A DNA stretch of 64,000 nucleotides, taken from Enoplolaimus lenunculus (Eukaryota). The notes under the pieces are model-generated. The model searched no databases. It saw nothing but the letters and a program-made list of their open reading frames with translations, and was not told the DNA's origin. A program made the translations under genes and the position numbers. Positions 1 through 12,700 of this stretch are shown here, piece by piece. Each line of letters opens with the position of its first letter. Within the stretch, counting starts at the first letter, position 1. Where the stretch lies: the NCBI GenBank assembly GCA_030248215.1, contig JASANG010001409.1:310001-374000 (forward strand). Direction: 5' to 3'.

Positions 1-343
1 TTCCATCTTTAGTCTCACCCAATAGGAGTCCGTATTCCTAATAAGAGTCCGTAAGTGGATAGAGTCTCTAAACCCTAAACAGAGTGTATAAATGTCAATT
101 TTTCCAAATTGTGGTTCATAAATGACTACAGCACCAAATACAGTTGAGTTTGAAACTTTATAGTACATTATTAAGTATAACCCTACATTATCGATCAAGG
201 TTTTGATATTTAAAAATACCGAATATAATATCAGTGACGAAGCGCGGGTTCAAACCAAATAACAGACCGTAACCGAGTAACAGGGGGTGTCCTCTGGCGA
301 GGCCAAATAAATATCACTCGCCCACATATTCGGGTAACTACAG
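1..343 (-). mobile_element. Family D MITE (pogo/Tc1-like), truncated by window start
   Basis: Matches reverse complement of 39531-39970; ends ATTCGGGTAACTACAG-TA. Confidence 0.8.
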
Positions 344-1258
344 TATAGAGCACTGTGGCTGAAATATATAGAAATTGAGAAATTCTGTGGTTTTGAACAA
401 AGAAATGTTTTGAAGCTTGTTTAGCTATAAGCTGAGACAGAAAAAATTAAAATAATGAAAATGAAAATTCGCGTAATTTCGCTCCCTCGCTAAAGCATAA
501 TATGCACATAATGGTAGCACCAAGACTGGATGATGCGTACTTCAATAAAGAGTATTCAACTGGATATATTCTGTGTAGGAAAAAATGTACCCGACACACG
601 TTGCGTTTTTGACCTGCCCCTCTTATTTATGAGAATATAAATTACACAAAATATGGTACTGTATGTATAAGTCATCAAAAATGTTCCGCTTACAGTTTAA
701 TTTAGATGTATGGTATCTGATAGCGGCCGCCCACTTGAATAAGGGGGGTCGGCCAAACACGCAACACCCGGTGGCATATTTTGTACCACACAAAGAGTGT
801 TTGTCTACTTTGGTGGTACTCACCAGAGACTAAAGTTACCGAACCAAACCAGGTTCGTAGCCTGCTCAGCATGCTAACGGGACCAAACAATTTTGTCGGA
901 GCAAGCGGATGATGTCTTATTCATCTACTCTCGGGGTAAAAGTTTTCAGACGGTCGAAATTTTTCCAGGGGATCAGTCCCTTCCTGCCCCCCTCCTGGCC
1001 ACGATGTTGAACCCAAGCTGAGTCGAATGGTGTTAACTGTTAGTAATTTTTGATGGAAAATCACCTGTTATGGTCAAACAAAACAATAGTTTCTTTCGTG
1101 ACACTTGGCCGAATCAGGGAAAATATTTTTGATCCAGAAATTTTGATAGGGGGTGTGTGTGCACGCGCGGTGCGCGACATATAATGAAAAAAGTTCACGT
1201 GCGAAACGAGCGAAACGCCTAACGCAGTTTTAGTGTTTTGTTGTTTAGTTTTCGAAAG

Positions 1259-1446
1259 AGCCCATGTAAACATCAGGGGCGGAACGTTTTTCTGTGGGAC
1301 TAGAAAAAAGTATTCAGTTTAAGCTTTAGACTAATTTTTTGCTTGGCTTAGGCTTAGTCTTATGGTCAGAAATATGCCCATTCTTACGCTTAGGCTTAGG
1401 CTAATAGGCTTATAATACTGTTCCGCCCCTGTTCTTTACATTGGCC
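1259..1446 (-). mobile_element. Family A1 TTAGGC-bearing MITE (Merlin-like)
   Basis: Ends AGCCCATGTAAACATCAGGGGCGGAACG and CCGCCCCTGTTCTTTACATTGGCC; interior TTAGGC. Confidence 0.85.
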
Positions 1447-1891
1447 GCGGAAGGGTAATTGCTTTGGATCATCGTCAGTGTCTGAGTGGTTCCATGGATT
1501 TCACAGCTCAGGTTTGTACCGAATAACAGATTGGGCTGCGATGCGAAAATTGGCAAAATACCGTTTTAGTTATCAATCAGCTACAATAATTTGACTACTT
1601 CAAGCTGGCTTCCACAATATCCTGTGTACGCTGTATGTGAATATTGTGGCTTGATTTCAGACCCGTAACCAGCTCACCGTGCAAGAGGAGTGTAAAAAAT
1701 GTTCCAAGAGCAGTATAAGAGTTTTCGTTGACTTACAAGCAAGGTTGAAAAATTTTCAGAGGTGGCTAAAAGTTTTTCCACGGTTAGCTGTGGCTACGAG
1801 CCCGTTTTAATACAGTAACTTATTGCAGAAATTTATTCATCATGGCAAATGGTAGACAATAAACCCAAGACACAGTCGCGTTAAAAATATT

Positions 1892-2185
1892 GGTCAATGT
1901 AAAGAACAGGGGTGGAACAGTATTATAAGCATACATATTCGTGAACCTAAGCCTAAGCCTAAGCCTAAGCCTAAGTCTAAGCGTAAGAATGAGCATATTC
2001 CTAAGCCTAAAGCCTAAGCCTAAGCCTAAGCTTAAGTGTAAGAATGAGCAAATTCCTAAGCATAAGCCTAAGCCTAAGCCGTTAAATAACCAGATGCTTT
2101 TAAGACAAAAACACTCTATTACTTTTTCCAGACGTTACAGAGGTATTGTTATTATGGCACAGTCCTGTTATCAGTATTTTGGGCC
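1892..2185 (+). mobile_element. Family A1 MITE, diverged right end
   Basis: GGTCAATGTAAAGAACAGGGG start; (TAAGCC)n blocks. Confidence 0.75.
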
Positions 2186-2513
2186 ATTTCCTAAATAGCG
2201 GAACCGGGAATTTCTGACACCGACAGCGCGATATAGAACAGTAAAAGAACCAACAAACGAAATTTTAGGATATACTAAATTTTAACACGAAATTTTGGAT
2301 TTCCTTCATGTTGGAGATCCACGACCTTGGCCGCCGGCACTATGAATCAGCTGGGGGGATATATCGTTCCTTAAAAAGTCTAAAAAATAGGTTAATATAC
2401 CTTATCAAAATACAATTTTTCATGCGCACACGCCCCGGGTTTTAATTTAAAAAACAATGGTAATATTGTAACTTTTTGTTAACAGTTGATTAAAAGTCAA
2501 AAAATGTAACATA

Positions 2514-2766
2514 CACTGTAAATTTCAGTGAGTTGATTTTAACTCAGAATGAGTTGAATCAGTCAGTCTGACTTAGAACTATCAGAATTCAGAATTAGGA
2601 GTTGATTCAATTCATTCTGAGATAATTGATCAATTCACCAAGAGTCAACTCAACTCAGAGTGAAAATCAACTCAACTCAGAGGTGAGTTAATGTTTACTG
2701 ATATTAATTCAGAAATAACCAACTCGTTAGCTAAATTGATTAATCAACTGATTGGAATTTACAGTG
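2514..2766 (+). mobile_element. Family C MITE (CACTGTAAATT..AATTTACAGTG, TA TSD; CACTA/CMC-like)
   Basis: Short TIR with many subterminal GAGTT/AACTC repeats. Confidence 0.85.
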
Positions 2767-3624
2767 TAAATTGTAAGAATTTTCAAGGACGTGGGTCAAA
2801 AATCGCTTCACCGTTGCGGTGTTAAATTCTGTTGTGCTATAAAATTAGGGACGGACCAACAGAGCAGGTAAAGTGTCATTTGCACCAAAAAAGTTTGAGA
2901 TTTGTCTGGTAAAAATCATCGCCTTTATTAATTATTATCAACCGTTTGCCAATTTTCACTACAAATTTACCAATTTCACTGTTTCTAACCAGGTTTTTTT
3001 CACTTGGGTTCTCTGTCATTCCAATGTTTGGAGTACAGCACTTAATAAAACTGGATACATTTTAAGATTTCACTTTTCAAGTCAACCCCATTTATAAGAT
3101 CCTATGGCATTGCAAGCAATAGTCCCGTAGCTAGTCAAATCTAGCTAGGGGAGATAGAAAACAATATCATGAAGGTATTTTGACTGGTTTATAAGCAAGG
3201 TGGGGGTAACATGTTCTACGGTTGTATGATACCCTCTGTGTGATTATACTTGCACATCGCAACTCAATACCCTATTGTCGTACTTGAATACAAACCTTAT
3301 GCTCGGACCCGCAGCCAAGGGAGGCCCGGAAGGCTTAGTCCCATTTGGAAAATGTTGCCTTCCGTAGAAAATTTTCAACCTTGCTTGTAAGTCACAGGAA
3401 AGCTTTGTATGCCTTTTCTGAAAATTTTTTTAACGCTTCTAGCAAGATGAGCTGGCTATGAGTATGCTTATGCTTCGAACATTCATTGATTATTTGTAAT
3501 TATCATATGACTATTTCTGCGTTGTGTGACAAGCATCAAGCACTAAAATTAGTCTAAAGCTTCAGCTTAATTAATTTCAACAATTCGAGACAACTGAGTA
3601 CTCTTGAAAATACACAATTGATCG

Positions 3625-3850
3625 CAAATCATAGCGCACTTGACTCGCGAGCGACAGGTCCGAGGTTCGATTCCCGGCGTGGCCGTAGGTTTCGGAGAAA
3701 TTAAGCGGAAAAACCAAGTATATTCGCAGTACTTCAGAGAAAGGGGTCGTCCCGACTGGGCGGTTTAACACTGGGCAGCTATTTATACCTCGTGCTAGAA
3801 CTTAAGAAGGTTACATAAGAAAAACCGATGCATTGAGAAAGTTAAAAAAA
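3625..3850 (+). mobile_element. Candidate tRNA-derived SINE
   Basis: B-box GGTTCGATTCCC at 3664-3675 in a T-arm-like context; A-rich 3' end; A-box degraded. Confidence 0.5.
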
Positions 3851-4782
3851 TATTTACCGTGAACTTAATATATCATTTGTACCTTAAAATACACCTTGAC
3901 CCCACCTCCCTTTGTCATCCAGATAGCATTGTATTTGAGGGGGCAAAAAATATTTATGACGTCAACTGTTTACCACCGTGAGATCGTGTCGCGAAGCTAG
4001 TGAAGCAAACGAAAGAGGGGACAGAGGGGGGTAACATTCAAATATCCCCTCAATAAATTTTTGCCGTCGAATTTATTAATCTGGCTTTCAAAATTGAAAC
4101 CAAATTGCCTGAAATTTCAATCTTCTGGTTCGCCATTGAAAAGACCTACGATATATTTTGCGTAGGTGTACTGCATTGAGCAACATTCAATCAAAAGGTA
4201 CAACACATATCACCAACTGATGATAGGTGCTACACACATTTGAGAATACGGGCTTAGATTGGCAGGGAAAAGTATTTCCGAAAATTTTTCTAGAATTGAA
4301 AAAAGGTACGTTTACAGGCAGTGGAGTACATTTCAGCAGTCGAAAATAGTTTTCTTCCCTCGCTATGCTCGTTGCCCGAGAATTTATCAATGTTTATTGA
4401 GTCTCGAATTTAAATACAGGCTATGCAATGTTCGCCAACATGGTGAAACCGGATATTCGTTTCCGTTTCCGGTAACAATCGGTGTACGTTTCCGTGATAT
4501 TAATACCGGAAATTGTTGAAGCTTTTCATTCAAAATTAGTTGTGAACAGCGTATGTGTATCTCGCAATTTTTCATTACAGATATAAGTACTGCAGTAGTT
4601 TGAAATAAACTAAAAATTACGAAATTCAATCAAAATGAGGTAAATTTCGGTGCATCTGCCATTTTTTTCTATAAAAATATTCATAAAGCTGGTGTACATT
4701 TGCACGCCTCAATTGTGTTGACAAAATGCGCATAAAGTCGATAAAATAATTATTAGCCAAATCCGAACAGCATAAAACAAAT

Positions 4783-5235
4783 GGACAATGTTGAGAACAG
4801 GGGCGAAACTGTTTTATAAGTAGAACCCTAATCTTAACCCTCGCCTAAGCCAAAGTGTAACCCTAAGCCTAAACCTAATCCTAAAAATAAGCGTAAGAAT
4901 AGCGTATTTCTAAGCCTAAGCCTAGGCCTAAGCCTAAGCCAAGCAAAAAAATTAATCTAAAGCTTACGCTTACTCTACACGGCAAAAAATGGTGAGTCAA
5001 ATTGACTCCCTCTGAAATAGGCTCTACGGAACTACACAAACTGAGTCAAATTCGACTCCGCCAGAGTCAAACGTGCGACTAAGTGAGTCGAATTTGACTC
5101 TGGCGGAGTCTAATTTGACTCAATTTGTGTAGTCCCGTAGAGCCTATTTCAGAGGAAGTCAATTTGACTCACAATTTTTTGCCGTGTATTGCAGTCCCAC
5201 AGAAAAACATTGCATCTCTGATCTTTACATGGGCC
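4783..5235 (+). mobile_element. Family A1 MITE with nested family B element
   Basis: Perfect 8-bp TSD AAACAAAT on both sides; ends ...TACATGGGCC. Confidence 0.9.
4978..5186. mobile_element. Family B palindromic MITE (CAC..GTG, TA TSD; CACTA/CMC-like)
   Basis: Near-perfect 200-bp hairpin; duplicates the TA of the host A consensus TTACTC-TA-TTGCAG. Confidence 0.88.
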
Positions 5236-5716
5236 AAACAAATCATAATTTTGCGTTTTCCAAAACATAATACGGTGCAGTTGACAGCAATCAACACTGT
5301 CTCTGATATATCATCTGATAGGTTTGCAGGTTGACCCTGTCAAACGTGGTTTAACACTCGTCAACATAGTAAACTGCACAAAATATTGGCCAAAATAAAC
5401 ACCAAACGGTCGTGAAACTTAACACTTTTGACATTACTCTAAGATATCAAACATTTTGGGGACAGGCATTCCGCTATGGATCTATAAATATCGCCGGGGT
5501 TAGTTTTTTTTGTGTGCCTATTGAAAAAATTGATAAACATCTGGGGGGAATATCGCAGAAGCGGTAAGGTTTGATCCCTAAACTTGAAACTGTGAGCATG
5601 CGAGACATGCTTGTTCGTTATGTGCACATACAATATAGTGCAGTGCGCTGTATGTATGCAAGCTGGCAGCATATGGTCGACACATATAGTCGACAGAAAA
5701 TGCAGTAGAAGAGGTG

Positions 5717-5860
5717 GGCTGTGTTGTGCAGTGGTAGAGTGTTCGCTTACGAAATCGTACGCCGAGAGTTCGATCTTCGCTCTAGAGGTCCGCTTTTCCA
5801 GCTGCTTAGTTGAAATGTCTGAACTGCCCGTTCCTACCTAGACTGACACAACCTGGTTTA
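5717..5860 (+). mobile_element. tRNA-derived SINE-like element
   Basis: A-box-like TGTGCAGTGG, B-box GAGTTCGATC, then core CGCTTTTCCAGCTGCTTAGTT shared with 48555-48680 (-). Confidence 0.65.
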
Positions 5861-5927
5861 CGCAATTTAATTACCATAAGCTTTGGCTTAAACTTGATAC
5901 TTAAAGCACACAAATCAATATTATTAA

Positions 5928-6150
5928 CCCTTCTCACATTAAATAATATATATCGCACCGTGTTTAACAATTGCAACAAGTATACATAGTACTAAATCAC
6001 CACAAGACGTGAGAGCCCCCTCGGGCTCAAGCGTCAAGCTCCCATAGCTGAGTGGTGATGGTAGACGCCTCCCACTCCAGTCACCGGAGTTCGAATCCTA
6101 GCATAAAAGTAGGTCTCAGGAGAAATAGAATATATTCATGTGAGAAAGGG
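5928..6150 (-). mobile_element. Family E piggyBac-like MITE with internal tRNA-like cassette
   Basis: TTAA-CCCTTCTCAC...GTGAGAAAGGG-TTAA; A-box 6045-6055, B-box 6086-6098. Confidence 0.88.
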
Positions 6151-6445
6151 TTAAAGGTGGAACGTCCTACACTTGCTAAAGTTTAATTTTATTTTTTTTT
6201 CAACCTGGACCTGTACAAAATATAACGGCGCTACGCGTTCAGAATTTAATACTAAATTCAAAAACTAATACGTCAACCAAAACTTGAAAGTTATAAATGC
6301 AGTTTTCGACACGATAATAAGCTGTTTGACGCGGGCTTTTAATACAAGAAAGCACGCAGTTAAACAATAACGAAACTGGTATATTGCATCATAAACTGAA
6401 CCATACAGGGAAGTAATTTAGCACTTATGCAGTTTCTTCCACAGC

Positions 6446-7029
6446 CAGGGTGCAACCGAAATTTTAAAATACAGAAACCGGAAAGTTAGAAAATACCGGA
6501 ACCGGAGCTAGAACGGAACCATAGCCAAGGAGGGGCAGGGGTGCTCAGCCCCCTCCCCGGAAAAGTTTTGGCTCCCCTAGAAAATTTTGAACCTTGCTTG
6601 TAACTCATTGAAAACACTTGAATGCACCTCCTGCGCAGCAAGGTGAGCTGGCTACGGACCTGAGCCGAAACTGGAAAGCGAAAAATTTTTGTTACCGAAA
6701 AATTCATTTTTATCGTTACTTAATCGCTTTTAATGGTGCAAACACACTATTTTAGAATGCCAAAATCCTGAAACAAATGCAGTACCTGAAAACATATGGA
6801 AAAATTATGGGGTATTGGACAAATTGAAAATTTTGGCAATACACGCTCAGACAACTTTAAAACAATAAATAAAATAATATACCAGTTTTTCTTAAACTTT
6901 CTAGAGAGAAAAATTGTCAATACCAAAAATACCGAGAAATTCCAGTGAAAAAACCAAATTTATTACCGGAACCGGATAGTAAAAAATACCGAATTTCCCT
7001 AGCGGAACCGAAATTCCGGTAGCAATCGG
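6446..7029 (+). mobile_element. Family G hAT-like element (CAGGGTGCAACCG, ACCGGAA subterminal repeats) with nested F
   Basis: Reverse-complement homolog of 50354-50719; partial TSD TCCACAGC/CCCACAGG. Confidence 0.75.
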
Positions 7030-7716
7030 CCCACAGGTGAAACGTTTGCTTAGACTTATACTTAGGCTTAGTTGTACGCTCATAGTTTTTAGGCTTAGGC
7101 CTAGGAATTTGCTTTTACTACTGTTTACGATCCTCATAACCAAAATACTGTGGCCAGTTACTGGGCACTATTGCAGTGTAACGCAAGCATTTTGTGTACG
7201 TTTATGCTTAGGTTCAGGCTTTAAACGCTTAGAAGCTTCGGCTTAAGCATAGAAATTAGCTCTTACACCTGCTACGGCTCAATGCATTTGTCATTTTTTG
7301 GAGGATTAAATTTCGACTGTGGGGACAAACTACAAAAGTAGTAATAATTTTGGTCTCTGTCAGCGGTACAAGAACAAATACAGAAAATATATTCTCATAA
7401 AATTCACGTCCAACTTGAAATCACCGCTATTTTACAACCTAAAGAACAATCAGCTAAATTTATGGCTGAATCGAAACGTTCTTAATCGCTATTCTGGCTC
7501 GCATAAACCTTCAACAGGCAGTTAAACCGTCGGTCCGAAACGGATAATCTCGACTACGACCTTGGACAAGAATTAAACAGTAAAGCATCTTACAATAATT
7601 ATTCCTTCCTATGTGGCTCATTAATCATAGCAAATTTATGGCAATTTCCTGCGGAGTTTAATAAAAACTTTTTAATCCTGTAACCCTATGTTTGTACAAA
7701 CTTTTATAAGATTTTG

Positions 7717-7931
7717 GGCTAATGTTACTTTTAGGGGGGCTTAACATTAGGTTTAGCGTATCCCTGAGGCTAAGCCTAAGCCTAAGCGTCGCACACGCGT
7801 ATTCCTAAGCCTAAGCTTAAGCGTTGCAAAAATATGTTCCTAAGCTTAAGCAAAAAATGTAATCTAGAATCTAAACCTACTTTTTTATAGACATACCAGA
7901 AACCTGGACGCACCTTAAAGTAACATGGGCC
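7717..7931 (+). mobile_element. Family A2 TTAGGC-bearing MITE
   Basis: GGCTAATGTTACTTTTAGG...TAAAGTAACATGGGCC; TSD AGATTTTG/AGGTTTTG. Confidence 0.88.
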
Positions 7932-8086
7932 AGGTTTTGTAATATTTCGTGTCGTCAACACCAATTTGTCCCAGCTGGTCAACTGAACTCGTCCAACTGG
8001 TTTGGGTTCAAGTAGGAAACACTAGGAAACTAAACTGTAAATCTAAACTACATATTGCCCAACTTGATACAGCATCATTATAAGTA

Positions 8087-8293
8087 CACTGCAAAACTGT
8101 GAGTCAAATTGACTCTCTCCGAAATAAGCTCTACGAAACTACACAAACTGAGCCAAATTCAACTCCGACACAGTCAAACGTGCGACCCACTGAGTCGAAT
8201 ATGATTCTATCGGAGTTGAATTTGACTCAGTTTGTGTAGTCCCGTAGAGCCTATTTCGGAAACAGTCAATTTGACTCACCATTTTTTGCAGTG
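8087..8293. mobile_element. Family B palindromic MITE
   Basis: TA-CACTGCAAAA...TTTTGCAGTG-TA. Confidence 0.88.
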
Positions 8294-9073
8294 TAGATGC
8301 GACAATCTGATCGCTAAGAACAACAATTTTTCATTACAAACTAGTACAAGTATACAAGACCAGGGCTACAGCAAGCTTCAAATTTATAGGGAGGCGAAAC
8401 AAGGGGGGGGGGCATGCCGTTGAAATAACAAGTCTATACGCGGAGCTAAAACATTTCTAAAGTTTGGGGGTGGGCTAATTTTTTCTATTGGATCTGCGTC
8501 TCCTGTACCCACCTCTGGCGACGGGTGTGACCTTGTGTACGCTGGCAAGCGACTGGTGAGTTTTATGGCAAAAATAACAAAAACACGCTAGATAATTAGC
8601 TGGTTAGACAAATTTTTTGACCTCTACGCGTCTAATATAAGCACCTGGCTTACTAGGGCTGTCTAATTTAGGTTAACCTGACAGTAAAGCATTCATTTTT
8701 GCTGTTTTATTTTTCTGCCAACGCAATACAGAACAACGTGCAAATGTTCACTGGGTTTTTTTAAATTTGAAAGAAAAAGTAGCGGATACATCGCAATTTT
8801 GTACGATTTTGAATGAATTTTGTAATTTTTATTTCATTTTGAACAAGTTTTCCTCACAAAATAGTAAGTAACTTTTCGTCTTAAAGTATATCAACAACTA
8901 TAAGGCTTTTTTTAGCCTTGAAAGCAAAATAATAAAAATTATATAAATCCAACTTATACGCTGAACACAACTTTGTTGTGTTATTTGCTCGAAATATGGC
9001 TTGTAATTAGACTAATTTCATGTGTGAAAAATCAAAAAACCTGGTACTCACATATACGGGCGTAGCTGCAAGG

Positions 9074-9291
9074 GACCAATGTAAAGAACACGGGCGGAAC
9101 AGTATTATAAACATATTGCAGACAGCCTAAGCCTAAACCTATGCTTAAGCCTAAGCGTTAGAATGAGCATATTCCTAAGTCTAAGCCTTAGCCTAAGCTT
9201 AAGTCAAGCAAAAAAATAATAGTCTAAAGCTTAAGCTTACTCTATTACAGTCTCACAGAAAAACGTTCCGCCTTTGATGTCTACATGGGCC
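9074..9291 (+). mobile_element. Family A1 MITE
   Basis: Consensus ends; TSD CTGCAAGG/CTGCAGGG. Confidence 0.88.
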
Positions 9292-10153
9292 CTGCAGGGG
9301 ATGTAAGGCGCCGGCGCATTGCCCTTTGAAGAAAATTTATTCCCGTAATTATCTATATGTCAGACAAGACAAACCGGTAAAACAAATTATTTACTTATAT
9401 GCCCACCCCCAGGAAATCAAAATCTTCGATTCTACACTGGCAATGTTCATGGTTGTTAATTAAAATAATTGAGACACAGTGTGGTTTATATATCCCTACA
9501 TATATATATACAGCGGGTGATATGTGTAATTTACCAACTATGCGTGGGCGGTTTTATTTGAAATTTTCCAAAATCAACGCAATGTTCAAATATTTTTTCA
9601 TTTAAAGGTTTTGTAATTTTTAATTCTTAAAAACCTGAAAATTCCTTGAAAAAGAAAAATATTCAGTTTTATTTTTTTGTGAATCAGCTCGTTCAACTCA
9701 TTTTTATTCATTGCCGTATTGTGTTTATTTGAAGCGGGGCACAAAGGAAAAGTCAAAATATATTAATTAAACTTTTAAATATAAGCCTTAATCTGGTTAA
9801 AAACCAGAAACTGTATTTTTAAACCCATCAAAATGAAATCTTTTTAATCTCCTCAAATTACTTCTGCTTAGTTACAGTATTTGATGTATTTTGGTCAAAT
9901 TTTTGACTTGGCAAACGAGGGAGTATTAGCAAAATTGCACAATTTTAACAGTAAATTTTCATTTTTTTCTCAATATTAAATTTAGGTCTGTCTTTTCGCT
10001 CACTGACGCTTACAAAATGGTATTCTGGTTCAAAACTTTACACATCTGTAGACTTTGGGAGCACCCACTTTGGCTTTGGACGGTATAACTCATACATGAG
10101 GCACACTGCTACTTGCTGAATGAGTTCGAGTGGCGCAATATTTATTGACCGCA

Positions 10154-10395
10154 CACCCAAAAAATGTTTCTGAATTTATTCAGAAAAGTATTTTCGGTGG
10201 CAAATCTGACAAGTTTTTGTGATATTTAACACAATTTTTGTAAAAACACGAAAACGTTAATTTTCAGACTTTGTTTCAAAACGTTTTTGAAAACTTTTCC
10301 GTTATAACAGAAATACTTTTGATGCGCATCTTGCTAATCATATATCTTTAATGTAAGAAATTTTTTCTTAAATATCAGAAATATTTATTTGAGTG
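10154..10395. mobile_element. Old CAC-terminated MITE
   Basis: CACCCAAAAAATGTTTCTGA versus TCAGAAATATTTATTTGAGTG. Confidence 0.5.
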
Positions 10396-10817
10396 CAGTG
10401 TCGTCCGGCGCTGTGATACTGAATCGTGACGCACTAGCCGGCGACGGACGATACCGGACGTCATCAAACGTATAGCGTCAGCATTAATTTTTTAGAAAAT
10501 TTTAGTGACTACAGTAAAATTTGCAATATTTTCACATTTTTTTTGTGAACACTTTCTTATTTGTATTTATTTTTGCATTGTTTTTGAGATTTCAGAATTT
10601 GAAACATTTTCGTCCATTACGTAAAGTTTAAAGGTTATCCAATATTTTCTTATATATTTTAATACATTTTTACACAGAGTTGCACGTTAATTTTTTAAAA
10701 ACATTTCCGACCATTTTGTTATATCTTTGACGCTATTTTTAGTGATTTTTTTGCTCATTCAACTCTAAATTCTTGCCAATTTAAACTCTACACCGTAACC
10801 ATAATTTGGTGGCAGTA

Positions 10818-11489
10818 CACACGAAATAAATCGTCTTGTATTCAAGAAATATTGTCTGACATTTAAGCCAATTATATCTTGATGCAGACTCCAGACATAC
10901 ATGTATTGAATTCGAGACTTTTAATTCTTAAATTTTTAAGAAATATTGGTCCAAAATTTTTCACACTTTAAATGTCTTAAATTCAAGACTTTGATTTATG
11001 AGCGATTAAGAAATATTAAATATAAGACAAATATTTCTGAAATATAAGACAAATATGTTAGAGATAAAAAACAGTGGTTTGCCATGGAAACCGACTTTAA
11101 AATTTGGGGCTAAAGTTCAACATATTTACAACCTATTATACGTCCAAGACGTAATTTAGGCTGGGAGAGCCTGAGCTCAACACGAATTATTTTTGAAATT
11201 CGATTATTTAAATACCCTTTTAAGAATATAATCGAAGCAAGTTTCTTTACATACATAAAAATCAGAAAATTAATTCTTGAATTAAAGACAATTATTTCTT
11301 GAAACAAAGAAACTTGTGTCTTATAAATTGGCAACAGTGATTTCTTGGATATAAGACATTTATGTTTTAACCATTTAAAAACGAATTTCTGAGCTGTTTA
11401 AGGCTATTAATGTCCGAAATACAAGACACATATCATGAAAGTTTAAGATAGTAGGAGTCTTGAAATTTCAAGACAATTTATTTTTTGTG
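10818..11489. mobile_element. CAC-terminated non-autonomous element with AAGAC/GTCTT subterminal repeats (CACTA-like)
   Basis: TIR CACACGAAATAAATCGTCTTG versus CAAGACAATTTATTTTTTGTG; numerous internal AAGAC/GTCTT motifs. Confidence 0.7.
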
Positions 11490-12374
11490 CAGAGACAGCA
11501 AGGAAATGTTACCTAACATATAATTCTTTTAATGACGTTCATAGGAGCGGCAGCGCCCCTTTATATCCCATAAGGACGCGGTTGGGCCCTCTTATCTCCT
11601 GTAGTTTCAATCCCCATTAAACTAAAATTATTACACCTTAATTTTACTTCATTTCGATTTCGCATTTTGCTTATAACGTTGAAACTATAAAATTAATAAT
11701 ATACTCAAACAATCATACAGATGTTATAGTTCCGGTCGTTCAAAACACACAGCATATAAGCTCGCATGTGTTCCATTTTTGTGCACCGATCCAAAAAAGT
11801 TTAGCTGCCGAGAGCCGAAAAAACCTTCTCGCTAAAGCTTGTTAAAGTTCCATTAGTTCAAAATTTTTTCCTACTGCCCGTGTTTGCACTCTACGAAGGA
11901 AGAATGACGCAAAAAACAACTAGGTTCTATCTGGCAAAACTGAACCTAAAATCTGTGGGTAGCCAAAATATTGATTTTTAGGAGCCTCTTTATCAGATAT
12001 GTGTATTATAGTTTGCGTGTAAGTCAATTTGTCTCAGACAGCACTTAGTTATTAAGAAAACTATTTTTTTTACTAAAATGCCGACGTACGTTTGTGCCCT
12101 ATTGGTACAGCTTATATCAGCTACGACCCTGATCAAAACAAATAGCAAAGCTTGCGTATTAACATTAGAGTTGTGATTAATAAAGGTTTTGTGTTGATGA
12201 CAGCTTGCGTCGTGAGGGAACGTGAGCGAACGTGAGAGAATAAGCGGTTTATGCGCATAGGTTATGTGTTCAGAAATAAAACCCTGGAGGCCAACGAGAT
12301 CCTGTAACGGTGTGTACTGGGCAAAAAGTTTTCGTGTTGAGTGCTTTTAGAGGTAAGAAGCTGTATCAGAGGGA

Positions 12375-12700
12375 GCAGAAAAGAAGGAATCAAGAAAGAA
12401 AGACTGAAAGAAAGAACGAACGAAAGAAAGAAAACAAAAAACAAAGAATGAAAGATAGAAAGAAAGACAGAAAGAAAGAAAGCAAGCAAAAAGAAAGATA
12501 GAAAGAAATGAGTAGAAAGATGAGAGACGAAAAAATGACATAGAAAGAACGAAAAAAAACCAAAAATAAGTATTTAAAAAAGAAATCATGAAATAAAAAA
12601 ACGCAGACAAACAGAAAGAAAAAAACAAAAAATCAAGGAAAAGAGAAGAGACAAAGATACATAGTTTAAATAAGAGAGAAAATAACAGAAAATATATGAT
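12375..12700 (+). repeat. Purine-rich (GAAA)n-like low-complexity tract
   Basis: Direct read. Confidence 0.85.

Noticed and set aside
2514..2766. RAG/Transib RSS-like termini (CACTGT..ACAGTG)
   Set aside because: Flanks show a 2-bp TA duplication rather than the 5-bp TSD of Transib/RAG transposons, and no nonamer is evident; CACTA/CMC-like fits better.
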